IMG/VR virus record: IMGVR_UViG_3300025875_000011
Location: 1 to 64,000 of that record
DNA: 64,000 bases
Source: a virus
Taxonomy: Duplodnaviria > Caudoviricetes
Direction: 5' to 3' (one strand)
Of the stretch, positions 9,231 to 19,149 are shown piece after piece. A program made the position numbers and the translations under genes. The first letter of the stretch is position 1. Each line of letters begins with the position of its first letter. Below the pieces are notes generated by a model. The model saw nothing but the letters and a program-made list of their open reading frames with translations, was not told the DNA's origin and did no database searches.

Positions 9231-10181
9231 TCAGGCGGCCGGACGCAGGACGCCGACCGGGTAGCGGTTGGCCTCGACCGGCTGGTCCTGGTTGAGCAGG
9301 TTCGCGACCTGCCAGCCCACCCGGAAGGTGATCCGCAGGAACGTGAGGTCCTGCTGGAACGAGTTGTAGACGATCGCCCCGGTGTTGTCCTGGATGACGG
9401 CCTCGTTGCTCACCTTGAGGGTGATGTCCTGACGGACGCCGAGGACGAACTGGGACCAGTCGCCGGCCAGGAGCCGGACGCCCGTGCCAGCTCCGGTCGG
9501 CCACATGCCCCGCATGGGGTAGGTGATCGGGAAGCCGTCGAGGTCGGTGAGCGACCCGTTGGTGCGGCCCGGGTCGGTCCGCTCGCCGTTGACGGTCCGG
9601 GCCTGGCGGAAGCGGGCCTTCGCGCCGGTCGAGGCGACGAACCCGTTCACGTCGAAGCCGTCGGCCTCGGGGAGCGCGAGCAGGTTGTCGATGTCGCCGT
9701 AGAACCCACCCTGAGCAGCGGTGGAGCCCTCGTTGACGGTGTTCCCGGCCGCGACCGCCGCCGCGACGACGTTCGTCGGGAAGCTGGCTGGAGCGTTCGA
9801 GCCGAAGAAGACGGCCGCGTCGAGGACCCGACCGATCGCCTCTCCGAGCAGCGGGACGGCCTCGTCCCAGATGTTCGCGTCCACGTCGGCCATCACGTTG
9901 TCGGGGACCGGCACGATGGCCGCGATCTCCTCGATGTTCATGAACTTGTTGGCCCAGTTGACCTCGGTGGTCTGCTTGAGCCCCGTGTCGCCGGTCACCC
10001 AGTACGCCGTGGGCAGCGCGCTCAGGACCGGGAACCGGACCTGGGCCCGACCCACCGGGATGCGGCGGAACAGGGCCATCGCCGCCGACTGGCCGGCGGT
10101 GTACTTGAGCATGTCCCGGGAGACTTCCTCGGGGATGAGGGCACCGACGTCGGTACGGCTCACCAGGTTGTTGAAGGGCAC
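9231..10181 (-). CDS. Major capsid protein (HK97 fold)
   Basis: ALIPEEVS, YWVTGD, EEIAAIVPV, LAGDWSQ and FQQDLTFLRITFRVGW motifs. Confidence 0.95.
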   Translation of the reverse strand: MPFNNLVSRTDVGALIPEEVSRDMLKYTAGQSAAMALFRRIPVGRAQVRFPVLSALPTAYWVTGDTGLKQTTEVNWANKFMNIEEIAAIVPVPDNVMADVDANIWDEAVPLLGEAIGRVLDAAVFFGSNAPASFPTNVVAAAVAAGNTVNEGSTAAQGGFYGDIDNLLALPEADGFDVNGFVASTGAKARFRQARTVNGERTDPGRTNGSLTDLDGFPITYPMRGMWPTGAGTGVRLLAGDWSQFVLGVRQDITLKVSNEAVIQDNTGAIVYNSFQQDLTFLRITFRVGWQVANLLNQDQPVEANRYPVGVLRPAA

Positions 10182-10246
10182 GACAGGTCCTTTCTAGGAC
10201 TCGGGGTGAAGGGGTGCAGGACCCGGCGCGCCAGGGAGCCTGCGGT

Positions 10247-10834
10247 CTAGCGGTGGATACCGACCGCGCCGCGGATCATGTCGTCCATCGACTGGCCGGC
10301 CGACGCTGTCTGGCGCGGGCCACCGTCGAACGACTGACGCTGCGGCGGGGCGGCGAGCGCGGACCAGGTCTTGACCTTGGCCGCGATCTTCTTGACGTCG
10401 GCCTCGCCGTCGTCGGTGACGAACCGGTCCACGGCCAGGTCGTCCAGCAACGCCGGCAGCTGCTCGGCGCTGATCCCGGACGCGAGGGCCTGGGAGCGGA
10501 TCTCCGAAGTGGCCAGGCGGGTCGCGTACTCCTTGCGGACGGTCGCGGCCCCCTCCTCGCGGGCTTCGTGGGCGAGGCGCTCGGCCTCGCTCATCCCGTT
10601 CTTGAGGGCGTCGTCGGCCTTCTTCTGGAGGGTCTTGTTCGCGGCCCGAGCGGCGGCGGCCTCACGGCGTAGCTGCTCGACGTACTCGCGGCCGAACGTC
10701 TCCGGCTCACCGTTCTCGCCCACCTGGGGCGTGACGACGACCGGGGCCGTGGTGACCACGGGGACTGTCCCTGCGGTCTGGGTGGTGGCTCCCTGGAGAG
10801 CCTGGGGGTCGGTCTCAGCACCTGGCTGCGACAT
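10247..10834 (-). CDS. Capsid scaffolding protein
   Basis: Coiled coil (YVEQLRREAAAAR, MSEAERL) directly upstream of the capsid gene. Confidence 0.85.
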   Translation of the reverse strand: MSQPGAETDPQALQGATTQTAGTVPVVTTAPVVVTPQVGENGEPETFGREYVEQLRREAAAARAANKTLQKKADDALKNGMSEAERLAHEAREEGAATVRKEYATRLATSEIRSQALASGISAEQLPALLDDLAVDRFVTDDGEADVKKIAAKVKTWSALAAPPQRQSFDGGPRQTASAGQSMDDMIRGAVGIHR

Positions 10835-11061
10835 GGGGTGTCCTCCTGGGACGGGATCGGGTTACTGCAAACCCCGCCACCTGGACGGGGAAAATGTTGG
10901 GAACTGTCGGCGCTGGGCCGTAACCTGTTCCTGGGTGGGCCGCTGATCGCCACGGATGGGAGTTGGGCCCCGGGGTTCAGCGGCACCCACCACCCTCCCC
11001 AGCGGGGGGCCGGGATAGCGGGACGCCGCCATGACCCCGGCCCCTTGGGGGAAAGATCTAT

Positions 11062-11796
11062 CTATCGCTCCCGGCGCTCCCACGCTCGGCGGAACGCGCG
11101 CATCTTGTCCTTGCCCCGGTGGCCCTTCGTCGAGGCCGTGTAGATCTTCCCGGCCTCGAGCACGACGGGCTGGAACTCGATGTCGCGGGAGTAGGCCGGG
11201 GCAGCTGAGCACCCACAGTGGTCGTGGGGGTGGAACGACGCGGTGGCCTCGGTCTTGTACCAGACCCCTCGCGAGGCGATCATCGCGCAGAAGTAGCACG
11301 GGTCGCCGTCGGTCACCCGGTACCAGCCGACAGCGGCCTGGTCGGTCTGGACGGAGTCGAGGACCGCGTCCCGGCCCCCGTTGAGGGCCTCCTTCGTGGC
11401 CAGGCCAGCGGACGCGACGAACGCGCGGTCGACGGCTTCGCGCTCGACGTTCAGCGCGGCCTGCTTCTTGGCGATCGCCTTCTTGAGGTTGGTGATCGCG
11501 GTCCGGTACATCTCCAACTCGATGCGCCGCGCGTCGAGGGTCCGCTCCACGGGCGGGGTCCACGCGTCGGTGACACCGGACGCGGCGCGGACCTCGTCGA
11601 CGTAACGCTGGGCCACGACCGTCGAGTAGCCGTGGTGGTCGGTGATGACCCGCAGGGCCAGCGGGAACCACTCGGGGAACGACTGGTCGAGGCGCTTGGT
11701 GTTCAGCGCCGGCCACACGCGCAGCAACTCCCGCAGCATCACCGACCGCAACGAGAGTTGCTGGCGGCGGTGCTCCTCAGCTGCTTGGAGGCTCAC
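11062..11796 (-). CDS. MuF-like minor capsid / capsid maturation protein
   Basis: Between portal and scaffold; GWYRVTDGDPCYFCAMIASRG and FHPHDHCGC motifs. Confidence 0.8.
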   Translation of the reverse strand: MSLQAAEEHRRQQLSLRSVMLRELLRVWPALNTKRLDQSFPEWFPLALRVITDHHGYSTVVAQRYVDEVRAASGVTDAWTPPVERTLDARRIELEMYRTAITNLKKAIAKKQAALNVEREAVDRAFVASAGLATKEALNGGRDAVLDSVQTDQAAVGWYRVTDGDPCYFCAMIASRGVWYKTEATASFHPHDHCGCSAAPAYSRDIEFQPVVLEAGKIYTASTKGHRGKDKMRAFRRAWERRER

Positions 11797-13258
11797 TGTC
11801 GCTGCTGTCGCCGCTCACCAGCTGCCGAGCGGACAGCGTCGGCCGGGACTGGGCGTCGAGCCGGTCGGCCATCTGGAGGAGCAGCGAGTTCCCGCGCATC
11901 GAGTTGTCGTCGCGGGTCCGCTGCGGGCCGGTCATGCCGAGGTAGAGCTCCTGGGCGGTCTGGCGGGAGATGACCTCCCCGGAGACCAACTTCACCGCCG
12001 CGTCGGCCTGCTGGGCGGCCGAGCGGATCTCCGGGTCGACCCAGATCGTCTCGGCCGTCGTCGCATTGGCCCGGCCGTCCCCGGCCAGCTTGAACGCGGC
12101 GCGGAGCGCGGCCTCGGGGGCCTGGTCCATGTAGCGCGTCTTGCGCTTCACCTTCTGCACCAGGCCCGCCACGGACAGCGCGAGGGCCTCAGCGGAGACG
12201 TTGACCATCCCCCCGAGGAGCATCGCCACCGGGGTCCTGGAGACCGCGGCCATGTGCTTCACGCGAGACTCGTACAGCGCGATGTACGGGTCGAGGGCGG
12301 TGGCCTCGAAGTCCCCGAACTTGGCGTTCTCGTTCTCGGAGACCAGCATCCGGTTCACGGCCACGTCGAACGGCTCGATCGCCTGGCCGGTCTGCGGGTC
12401 GCGGGGGATCGACAGCCCCGTCATCCACTTCTGCTTGAAGGCTCCGTACTCGGCCGCGATGAGCGCGTTCAGGGCGATGTGGTTGCACGCGTCCTGGTCG
12501 ACGATGACGTCTGCGATCTCCGACTCGACCTGGCCGATCTGCAACTTGGGCCGGTTCGGGACCTCCCACACGGGGACCTCGCCCAGCGGGTTGCGCTCGT
12601 ACTCGGTGCGCTCGTCGCGGAGCGTCCAGTACAGCGGCTGCTGGACGTCGACGACGCCCAGCGGCCGGCGCGCCTGGAGCTTGTAGATCTCGGCGGGGAG
12701 GTAGAGCGTCCCGAACGTCTTCCCGGTCCACTCGTCGATCCACTCCTTCCACGCCGCCAGCCGCTCGCGCCTGTTCCCCGGCGCGTACGCGATGATCATC
12801 TGGGTGGCGTCCTCGGCGTACAGCGACGGCCACTTGGCTCCCGGAGCGGTCGGCTCCACGAGAATGAACGCACGGCCGGCCGTGAGGGCCTCGTTGATCA
12901 CCAACTCGAAGTCGGCGTCGAAGTCGGACTGTTGCCAGATGGCCCACGCGTCCTTGTCGGCGTCCGGGGCGTCGCCGAAGCGGAACCCGGACACGGCCAT
13001 GCGCTCGGCCGCCGCGTCGATGATCAGGCCGGACAGGTTCGTCTTCGACAGGCCCATGATGCGGCGGAACGCGCGCGACGCCCGGGCCTCGATCGACGGG
13101 TTGTCGTGGTCGCCGCCCGCGTAGCGCCGCATCTTCGTGATCTCGGCCTGACGGGCCACCAGCTGGTTGTGGAGGCGGGTGGCCCACCAGCCGGGGGTGA
13201 GCGGCTCGAACTTGGTGACCATCTGCGGGGGCAGGGTCTCCAGGGTCGTCAGGGTCAC
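11777..13258 (-). CDS. Portal protein (SPP1 gp6-like actinophage type)
   Basis: TNLSGLIIDAAAERM, ALTAGRAFILV, GEVPVWEVPNR and ETIWVDPE motifs; start taken at GTG 13258 overlapping the previous stop. Confidence 0.9.
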   Translation of the reverse strand: MTLTTLETLPPQMVTKFEPLTPGWWATRLHNQLVARQAEITKMRRYAGGDHDNPSIEARASRAFRRIMGLSKTNLSGLIIDAAAERMAVSGFRFGDAPDADKDAWAIWQQSDFDADFELVINEALTAGRAFILVEPTAPGAKWPSLYAEDATQMIIAYAPGNRRERLAAWKEWIDEWTGKTFGTLYLPAEIYKLQARRPLGVVDVQQPLYWTLRDERTEYERNPLGEVPVWEVPNRPKLQIGQVESEIADVIVDQDACNHIALNALIAAEYGAFKQKWMTGLSIPRDPQTGQAIEPFDVAVNRMLVSENENAKFGDFEATALDPYIALYESRVKHMAAVSRTPVAMLLGGMVNVSAEALALSVAGLVQKVKRKTRYMDQAPEAALRAAFKLAGDGRANATTAETIWVDPEIRSAAQQADAAVKLVSGEVISRQTAQELYLGMTGPQRTRDDNSMRGNSLLLQMADRLDAQSRPTLSARQLVSGDSSDSEPPSS

Positions 13259-13464
13259 GACTTGACGCTCCGCGCGCGGGTCATGTCGCCGTACGACTGA
13301 GCGGCCAGGCAGCAGGCCACCCCGCCGAACCACGCGAGGAAGCACAGCGCGATGTTCTGCCACGACGGCTGGAGCACCAGGACGAGGACGAGCATGAGCG
13401 CCGCGAGCGCGAGCGCCGCGAGGATGAAGCGCCAGCGGTGGAGCCAGAGTCCGAAGGTCGTCAC
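13255..13464 (-). CDS. Small two-TM membrane protein
   Basis: Two hydrophobic helices; sits between terminase and portal genes. Confidence 0.55.
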   Translation of the reverse strand: MTTFGLWLHRWRFILAALALAALMLVLVLVLQPSWQNIALCFLAWFGGVACCLAAQSYGDMTRARSVKS

Positions 13465-13575
13465 GGCGTCTCCTCTCGTGTGACCGGAGTCACTGGGGGG
13501 TGGGAAGTGATCGGGCACCTACGACGACTTACGACGGATCGCCAAGTCCTGGAGCAAGTTGGCGATCGCTTGGCG

Positions 13576-15279
13576 CTAGAACCCGAACGCCCCGGTCTTC
13601 TTCTCGGGGACGGCCTCAGCCCGCCGCCATGCGGCCGCGGCCATCGCGGCAGCTGGGACGGCGTCGACGCGGGTCCCGGTCGACTCCCGCTCAGGCTTGT
13701 GGACGCGGATCTGCTCAGGGTCGAACGGGGCCTTGCGGACTTCGGACGAGTCGAAGCAGATCTCGGCCACCGGGTTCCCGTGGTGGCGGAACCGGTTCTT
13801 CTTCACCAGGGCCATGACCTCGTTCAGCCCCGGCGTCATCCGGGCGTACGTGTTCGCGTAGGCCAGGATCTCGGGGACCCCGACGCGCTTCTCGACCTCC
13901 TGGATCACGGGGGCCATCGACCACTGGTCCGCGTCGCCGGCCTTCAAGTGGTAGCGGGTCGCGTCGGCGGCGATGTCGTCGTAGATCCGGTTGTAGTCGA
14001 CGACGTTGCCCTCGGTGACGGTCAGCCACCCCTCCATCGACCAGTCCGTCCACTGGCGTCCGGTGGCCGAGTGCTTGTCCAGCTGGGGCAGCGCGTCCTC
14101 AGGGAGCCAGAACCGCCAGATGGCGTGGACCGGCGCGGTCGGGTCGTCGATGTGACCCTCCGGGATCAGCAGGCACCACGCGGTCAGGTCGAACTTGGCC
14201 GCGAGGTCCATCCCGAAGTAGGCCGTCTTCTTCTCCAGCCGACGCGGGTACCAGGCGGGGTTCGGCCAGATGTCGCCGGCGTTGGCCCGGTAAAGGTGCA
14301 TCGGCATCCACCGGAACGACTGGCGGACCCACTGCGCGAGTCGGTACTGACGGAACGCGTTCTCCTTGGCCGGGTCGTTCTTGGCCTCCAGCGCCTCCTG
14401 GCGCAGGGCCTCGAGCGACAGGAAGTCGCCGAGCGCGGGGTTCGCGTGAGCCCACAGCGACTCGTCGAACGGGTCGGCGTCCATCGGCGTGTTCCGCAGG
14501 TAGACGAGGACGTGGGGGGCCCGCTCCGGCTCCTCGTCGATCTTGACGTACTCGTCGTGCTGCTTCCCGCACCATGACGACGGGTCGTCGCCGGGGGTCG
14601 TCGCGGCGATCATCAGCGGCTGCGCGCGGGTACCCATCGCGGTGCGGAGCGCGTCCCACAGGTCGCCGTTCGGCTGGGTCAGGACCTCGTCGAACACGAT
14701 CCCGTGGGGGTTGTGGCCCAGGTTCCCGGCCGCGTCGGCCGCGATCACCTCGTAGTAGGAGGCGGTCGTCGGGTCGACGATCCGCTTGGCCGCGTTGTAG
14801 ATCACGAGCCGCTTCGACAGGACGGGCGACAGCTCGACCATCCGCTTCGCCACGTCGTACACCTTGCGGGCCTGGTCGCGGTCCTTCGCGGCCCCGTAGA
14901 TCTCCGCGCCTTCCTCGTCGTCAGCGCACAGCAGGTACAGCGCGACCCCGGCCAGGATCTCGCTCTTGCCCTGCTTGCGGGCGAGCTCGATCCACACGAT
15001 CCGGTAGTCGCGGGCGTAGACCCCGAACTCCGTCGACCAGTGGACCCAGCCGAAGATCGGCCGGATCAGGTCCTCGCGCTGCCACTCCGACAGCACGAAC
15101 CGCTTCCTGGCCCACGTCCCCTTCGTGTGGACGAGCACGTCCTCGAAGAAGCCGACAGCGTGGTCAGCGCGGGGGTGGCAGAAGTGGTCCCCGGTCTCCC
15201 CGCACTCGTAGTCGTCGAAGACGCGGGTGCAGGGAGGAGGGCTACCCGCTGAGGTAGCGTTCGGCCCCTGCTCCTGCAC
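13576..15279 (-). CDS. terL: Terminase large subunit
   Basis: Walker A ARKQGKS, Walker B VFDEV, IAATTPG coupling motif, RNase H-like GMDLA and VDAV nuclease motifs. Confidence 0.97.
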   Translation of the reverse strand: MQEQGPNATSAGSPPPCTRVFDDYECGETGDHFCHPRADHAVGFFEDVLVHTKGTWARKRFVLSEWQREDLIRPIFGWVHWSTEFGVYARDYRIVWIELARKQGKSEILAGVALYLLCADDEEGAEIYGAAKDRDQARKVYDVAKRMVELSPVLSKRLVIYNAAKRIVDPTTASYYEVIAADAAGNLGHNPHGIVFDEVLTQPNGDLWDALRTAMGTRAQPLMIAATTPGDDPSSWCGKQHDEYVKIDEEPERAPHVLVYLRNTPMDADPFDESLWAHANPALGDFLSLEALRQEALEAKNDPAKENAFRQYRLAQWVRQSFRWMPMHLYRANAGDIWPNPAWYPRRLEKKTAYFGMDLAAKFDLTAWCLLIPEGHIDDPTAPVHAIWRFWLPEDALPQLDKHSATGRQWTDWSMEGWLTVTEGNVVDYNRIYDDIAADATRYHLKAGDADQWSMAPVIQEVEKRVGVPEILAYANTYARMTPGLNEVMALVKKNRFRHHGNPVAEICFDSSEVRKAPFDPEQIRVHKPERESTGTRVDAVPAAAMAAAAWRRAEAVPEKKTGAFGF

Positions 15280-15706
15280 TCGGCTTCTCCTTCGTGGACA
15301 GGCCCACCCGCGCGGCCGGGGAGAACCCGAACTCGTTCCCGAGGACCCGCAGCTGGGCTCCGAAGTCGCGGACGAACTGAACGGCGGGGTTCTTCACGAT
15401 GTTCCCGTCGCGGCCCCGCATCACCAAGCCCGCGCTGTTGACGAGCCGGACGGCGTCGCGGTACTTCACGACCGTCACGCAGTACGCGTAGATCATGTCC
15501 TCGTCCGCGCCGGCCAGCATGTGCATGATCCGGAGGTCCTCGACGACCCGGTCCCACACGGCCTGGATCTCGGGGGTGACGTCGGTCGGCGGAAGCGGCT
15601 GGCGGTTCGCGGGGACGGGCTCGTTCTGGTTGATCCTCGACGGCCGCGACTCCCCGCGCAGGAGCCGCAGGTTCGTCGGGGTCGGGGTCGGTCCGCGCTT
15701 ACCCAT
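15242..15706 (-). CDS. terS: Terminase small subunit (P27 family)
   Basis: MGKRGPTPTPTNLRLLRG...KNPAVQ...EFGFSPAARV signature. Confidence 0.92.
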   Translation of the reverse strand: MGKRGPTPTPTNLRLLRGESRPSRINQNEPVPANRQPLPPTDVTPEIQAVWDRVVEDLRIMHMLAGADEDMIYAYCVTVVKYRDAVRLVNSAGLVMRGRDGNIVKNPAVQFVRDFGAQLRVLGNEFGFSPAARVGLSTKEKPSAGAGAERYLSG

Positions 15707-15893
15707 GAAGGGTCTCCTCTCGATGAGGTGCGGGGCACCCTCCCGCTCCCGGACTACCCGCCTTGGATACCGGCCCGATCTTGCGTGTGGTGTGGGGGTT
15801 GGGACGTACTTCCGCACGCTCACCCATTGCGCCTCGGGGTACGCGCGGGCGTCGTACGCAGTGGTGTCCCAACCCCCGGTCTGGGGGCTGCTG

Positions 15894-16814
15894 TCAGCCG
15901 TGGTGGAGGGCCAGGAACTCCGCTCGGAGGTCGCGCTCCAGGAACCGGCCGACGAGGTGGGAGGTGACCATCTCGCCGGGGGTCCGGACCCCGCGCATCT
16001 CCATGCACAGGTGCGACCCGGCCCCGATCACTCCGACGTGGTCGGTCTCGGCCACCTGAGCGATCCGGTCACCGATGTTCGCCACCAGCCGCTCTTGCAG
16101 CTGGAGGCGGTGGGCGTACAGGTGAGCGATCCGGGCCAGCTTCGACAGGCCGACGACCTTGTTCTCGGTGAGGTAGCCCATCGTCAGGGTCGTCTTGAAC
16201 GGGACCAGGTGGTGCTCGCACAGCGACCAGACGGTGACGCCGCGGACGACGACGAGTTGGTTGGCCGTGACCCCGTCGAACACCGTCGAGATCGTGCCCG
16301 GGTTGTAGTCGACGAACTCGGCCCACATCCGAGCCCACCTCGCGGGGGTGTCGCGCAGACCCTCACGGTCGGGGTCCTCACCGATGGCCACGAGGAGCTC
16401 TCGCCCGATCCGCTCGAGCGCGCCGGTGTCGACCGTGCCGACCTGATCGAGGAACGCCTCCCAACCTTCGACCGCTGCTGCGGGCATGGCGGGGCGCACC
16501 CCCATTGTCTTCACGGGCTCGCCGATTTCCAAGTCCGGGGTGTCCTCGTCGGCGTGTCGCGGGGGTGGGATGTCCCCCGGCTGTGGTGGGCGACAGACCC
16601 AGCAGCGCGCGCCGGGGACCGCGCGGTGAGGTTCGTCCCCGAGCGCGTTACAGGCCACGTCGAGGGTGTTGTGCTCGCCGTGGCCTGCGAGTTCGCGCTC
16701 GGACGACGCGATGAACGGGTCGCGCGAGACCGGGGCCGCGTCGGGGTACGGGTCGACCCCGGCCATCCACTTCGGGGTGAGGTCGTCGGGGGTGATCTCA
16801 GGCTCAGGTGCCAC
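15894..16814 (-). CDS. folE: GTP cyclohydrolase I with N-terminal extension
   Basis: GEDPDREGLRDTPARWA, SLCEHHLVPF, GLSKLARI, RLQLQERL and HLCMEMRGV motifs. Confidence 0.96.
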   Translation of the reverse strand: MAPEPEITPDDLTPKWMAGVDPYPDAAPVSRDPFIASSERELAGHGEHNTLDVACNALGDEPHRAVPGARCWVCRPPQPGDIPPPRHADEDTPDLEIGEPVKTMGVRPAMPAAAVEGWEAFLDQVGTVDTGALERIGRELLVAIGEDPDREGLRDTPARWARMWAEFVDYNPGTISTVFDGVTANQLVVVRGVTVWSLCEHHLVPFKTTLTMGYLTENKVVGLSKLARIAHLYAHRLQLQERLVANIGDRIAQVAETDHVGVIGAGSHLCMEMRGVRTPGEMVTSHLVGRFLERDLRAEFLALHHG

Positions 16815-17580
16815 GCTGGTCTCCGTGGAGTAGGACCTGCTGGCGCAGGGACAGGTTGTAGCCCCGGGCCTCGACGGCCGGGGCGATCGCGCGGGCGTGG
16901 GTGAGGGTCTCCTCGACGCTCGTCCCCCCGGGCATGACCCACACGTTCGTCAGGTCGTGGGCCTCCACCATCGCGTCGACCTCGTCGAGGTCGGACGGGG
17001 CCGTGGCGACGAACTTGAACGCGGTCGGGTAGTCGGCCAGGTCGTCCAGGTGGGCCTCAGACAGTTCACGGAGGGTGTCCGCGACGAGCCGCTTGCTCGG
17101 GGTGACCCCGGAGTTCGCCAGCTTCGGGGAGCACACGTAGCGCCTGATCCGGACCGACAGAGGGCTGCGGGTCCCGTTCGTCTCGATGTCGACGTTCACG
17201 CCGGAGGGGTAGGTGACGCTGTCGACGAGCGCGGCCAGCGCGGTGCGTTGGAGCAGCGGCTCCCCCCCGGAGATCACGAGGAGGCGGGTGTGGAGCCCGA
17301 GCACCTCGCGGACCTCAGCCAGGGCGTCCTCGACGGACATCGAGTGGACCTCGCGTCGACGGTCGTGGGTGTCCCAGTCCCAGGTGTACGGGGTGTCGCA
17401 GTGCCAGGTGGCCCCCTCCCCCTTCCCGCAGTTCAGGTTGCAGTTCGCGAGCCGGAGGAACGCGCACCGCTCCCCGGTGGCCGGCCCCTCCCCCTGCCAC
17501 ACCGGGCCGAAGATCTCGTTGACGTTGAGCGCCGGGACCCGCGTCCGCCCGTAGACGTCGAGGTTCCCCGTGATCGTCAC
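16804..17580 (-). CDS. queE: 7-carboxy-7-deazaguanine synthase (radical SAM)
   Basis: EIFGPVWQGEG, FLRLANCNLNC...CDT (CxxxC-insert-C), ISGGEPLLQ, IETNGT, SPKLANSG, LRQQVLLHG. Confidence 0.93.
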   Translation of the reverse strand: MTITGNLDVYGRTRVPALNVNEIFGPVWQGEGPATGERCAFLRLANCNLNCGKGEGATWHCDTPYTWDWDTHDRRREVHSMSVEDALAEVREVLGLHTRLLVISGGEPLLQRTALAALVDSVTYPSGVNVDIETNGTRSPLSVRIRRYVCSPKLANSGVTPSKRLVADTLRELSEAHLDDLADYPTAFKFVATAPSDLDEVDAMVEAHDLTNVWVMPGGTSVEETLTHARAIAPAVEARGYNLSLRQQVLLHGDQRGT

Positions 17581-18023
17581 GGTCTCGCCCCGTGGGCCTC
17601 GGCCTCGGCCAGGAGGCGGGCGACCTTCTGCTCGACGGTCTCCTCGATCTTCCCGATCCCGGCCGACGAGGTGTAGAGCGCCCACGTCGCGGGGGTCTCC
17701 GACCAGCCGACTGACGCGACGGGCCACCCGAACTCGCGGACGGCGTGCTCGTAGACGTACTTCGCCATGAGCTCGGCGCTCGGCTGGAAGTCGACTCGCT
17801 CGTTCAGGTGGCGGTGGTCGAACCTGTCCCACAGCCAGTCCTTCAACGGGGCCAGATCGCCGTAGTCGACGACGAACCCGTGGTCGTCGAGGTCGGGGGA
17901 GACGAGGACCACCCGGACGGCCACGTTGTGGCCGTGGAGCCTCATGCACTTGTGGCCCTCCTCCAGCCCGAGCAGCTGGTGGCTGAGGCACAGCGGCCCG
18001 AACTCCTTCGTGATCGTGTTCAT
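17577..18023 (-). CDS. queD: 6-carboxytetrahydropterin synthase
   Basis: CMRLHGH (CxxxHGH), GFVVDYG, FDHRHLNE, PSAELMA and WSETP motifs. Confidence 0.95.
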   Translation of the reverse strand: MNTITKEFGPLCLSHQLLGLEEGHKCMRLHGHNVAVRVVLVSPDLDDHGFVVDYGDLAPLKDWLWDRFDHRHLNERVDFQPSAELMAKYVYEHAVREFGWPVASVGWSETPATWALYTSSAGIGKIEETVEQKVARLLAEAEAHGARP

Positions 18024-18026
18024 GGG

Positions 18027-18548
18027 TCAGTCCTTCCAGGGGATGTCGGTGGCCTCGCCGAAGATCGGGGCGATGAGGAACTGGTCGTTGACGGCTGGGT
18101 GTCGGGTCACCGTGTAGCGGGTGACGCCGTTGTCGTGACCGATCTTGTCGTGGTTGGAGTGGACGTCGAGGTCGACGCCCAGCAGCTGGTAGTCCCCACC
18201 CCACTCGGCCCACGGCTCCTGGGTGGCCCAGTCGATGCTGTCGATCCAGGCGAAGAGGCGACGGGCCACGTCCTCGTTCGTCGCGTTGGTGAACAGGCCC
18301 TTCCCGGTGAGCGCGAGGACGTGCTTGCGGAGGGCGTCGTTCGTCGTCTCGAACGACGGGTAGCCGTGGCCCCCGTTCAGCGTCGAGAAGGCGACGGTCA
18401 CCTCGCCGTGGTGGGAGTGGGACTTGAGCCCCATCGCCAGGTTCTGGTTGGAGAAGAAGATCGGGATCGGGCCGATCTCGACCGTCTCCATCACCTCGAC
18501 CTTCAGCGCAGGGATGTCCGGGTCGCCGTGGTCGATCATCGGGGCCAC
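18027..18548 (-). CDS. Divergent QueD-like T-fold protein (candidate DpdL-like enzyme)
   Basis: HSH in place of HGH without the upstream Cys; TNEDVARRLF aligns with QueD SAELMAKYVY; adjacent to queD. Confidence 0.5.
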   Translation of the reverse strand: MAPMIDHGDPDIPALKVEVMETVEIGPIPIFFSNQNLAMGLKSHSHHGEVTVAFSTLNGGHGYPSFETTNDALRKHVLALTGKGLFTNATNEDVARRLFAWIDSIDWATQEPWAEWGGDYQLLGVDLDVHSNHDKIGHDNGVTRYTVTRHPAVNDQFLIAPIFGEATDIPWKD

Positions 18549-18724
18549 ACCTCCCGCCGTGGCCGACGGGTCTTCCCCTCACGCCAGTGCCACCAGCGGG
18601 TCAGGTGGTGGGTGTGGTCGAAGGCCTGGGGACACCGGCACTCCCGGTAGTTCAGCCGGTTCCGCAGCGCGGCCATCGGGCGCGCGGTCAAGTCGCGGAG
18701 ACGCTGGGCCAAGCCGCGCTTCAC
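18536..18724 (-). CDS. Small hypothetical protein
   Basis: 62-aa basic ORF with Cys/His, overlapping neighbours at start and stop. Confidence 0.45.
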   Translation of the reverse strand: MKRGLAQRLRDLTARPMAALRNRLNYRECRCPQAFDHTHHLTRWWHWREGKTRRPRREVWPR

Positions 18725-19149
18725 TGGACCTCTCCCGTGTCGGGGTCGACCCGGGGCTCGCGTCGGAGCATCACGATGTGGCGCTCGTAGATGTTCGTCG
18801 GCCGGGGGTCGCCGTCGATGAGGACGTGGAGCAGGCCGTCGGTGTCGGCCGCCCCGGAGTACACCGCGACCAGCTGCCCCGTGACCCACAGGCCGTTCGC
18901 GCCGGCGTCGAGCAGGATCCCCACCCGGTCTCCGACCGCCGCGACCTCCTCGACCTCCTCGACCTCGGTGGTGTCGTCCAGGCCCAAGTGGGCGAGGAGC
19001 TCGTCGGCGATCTTCTTGGCCCGGTCGGAGTCGAACACGCCCTGGTGCTCGGTCATCCTCGACCAGCACACCGAGGCCGCCCCAATGGCTTCCTGTACAG
19101 CGGTCCTCGGGGACTGATCGGTGAACCCCATCACTTCGTCTGGCTTCAC
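18721..19149 (-). CDS. Hypothetical protein
   Basis: GTG start overlapping the dpdA stop; EAIGAASVCW motif; GC3 bias. Confidence 0.6.
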   Translation of the reverse strand: MKPDEVMGFTDQSPRTAVQEAIGAASVCWSRMTEHQGVFDSDRAKKIADELLAHLGLDDTTEVEEVEEVAAVGDRVGILLDAGANGLWVTGQLVAVYSGAADTDGLLHVLIDGDPRPTNIYERHIVMLRREPRVDPDTGEVQ

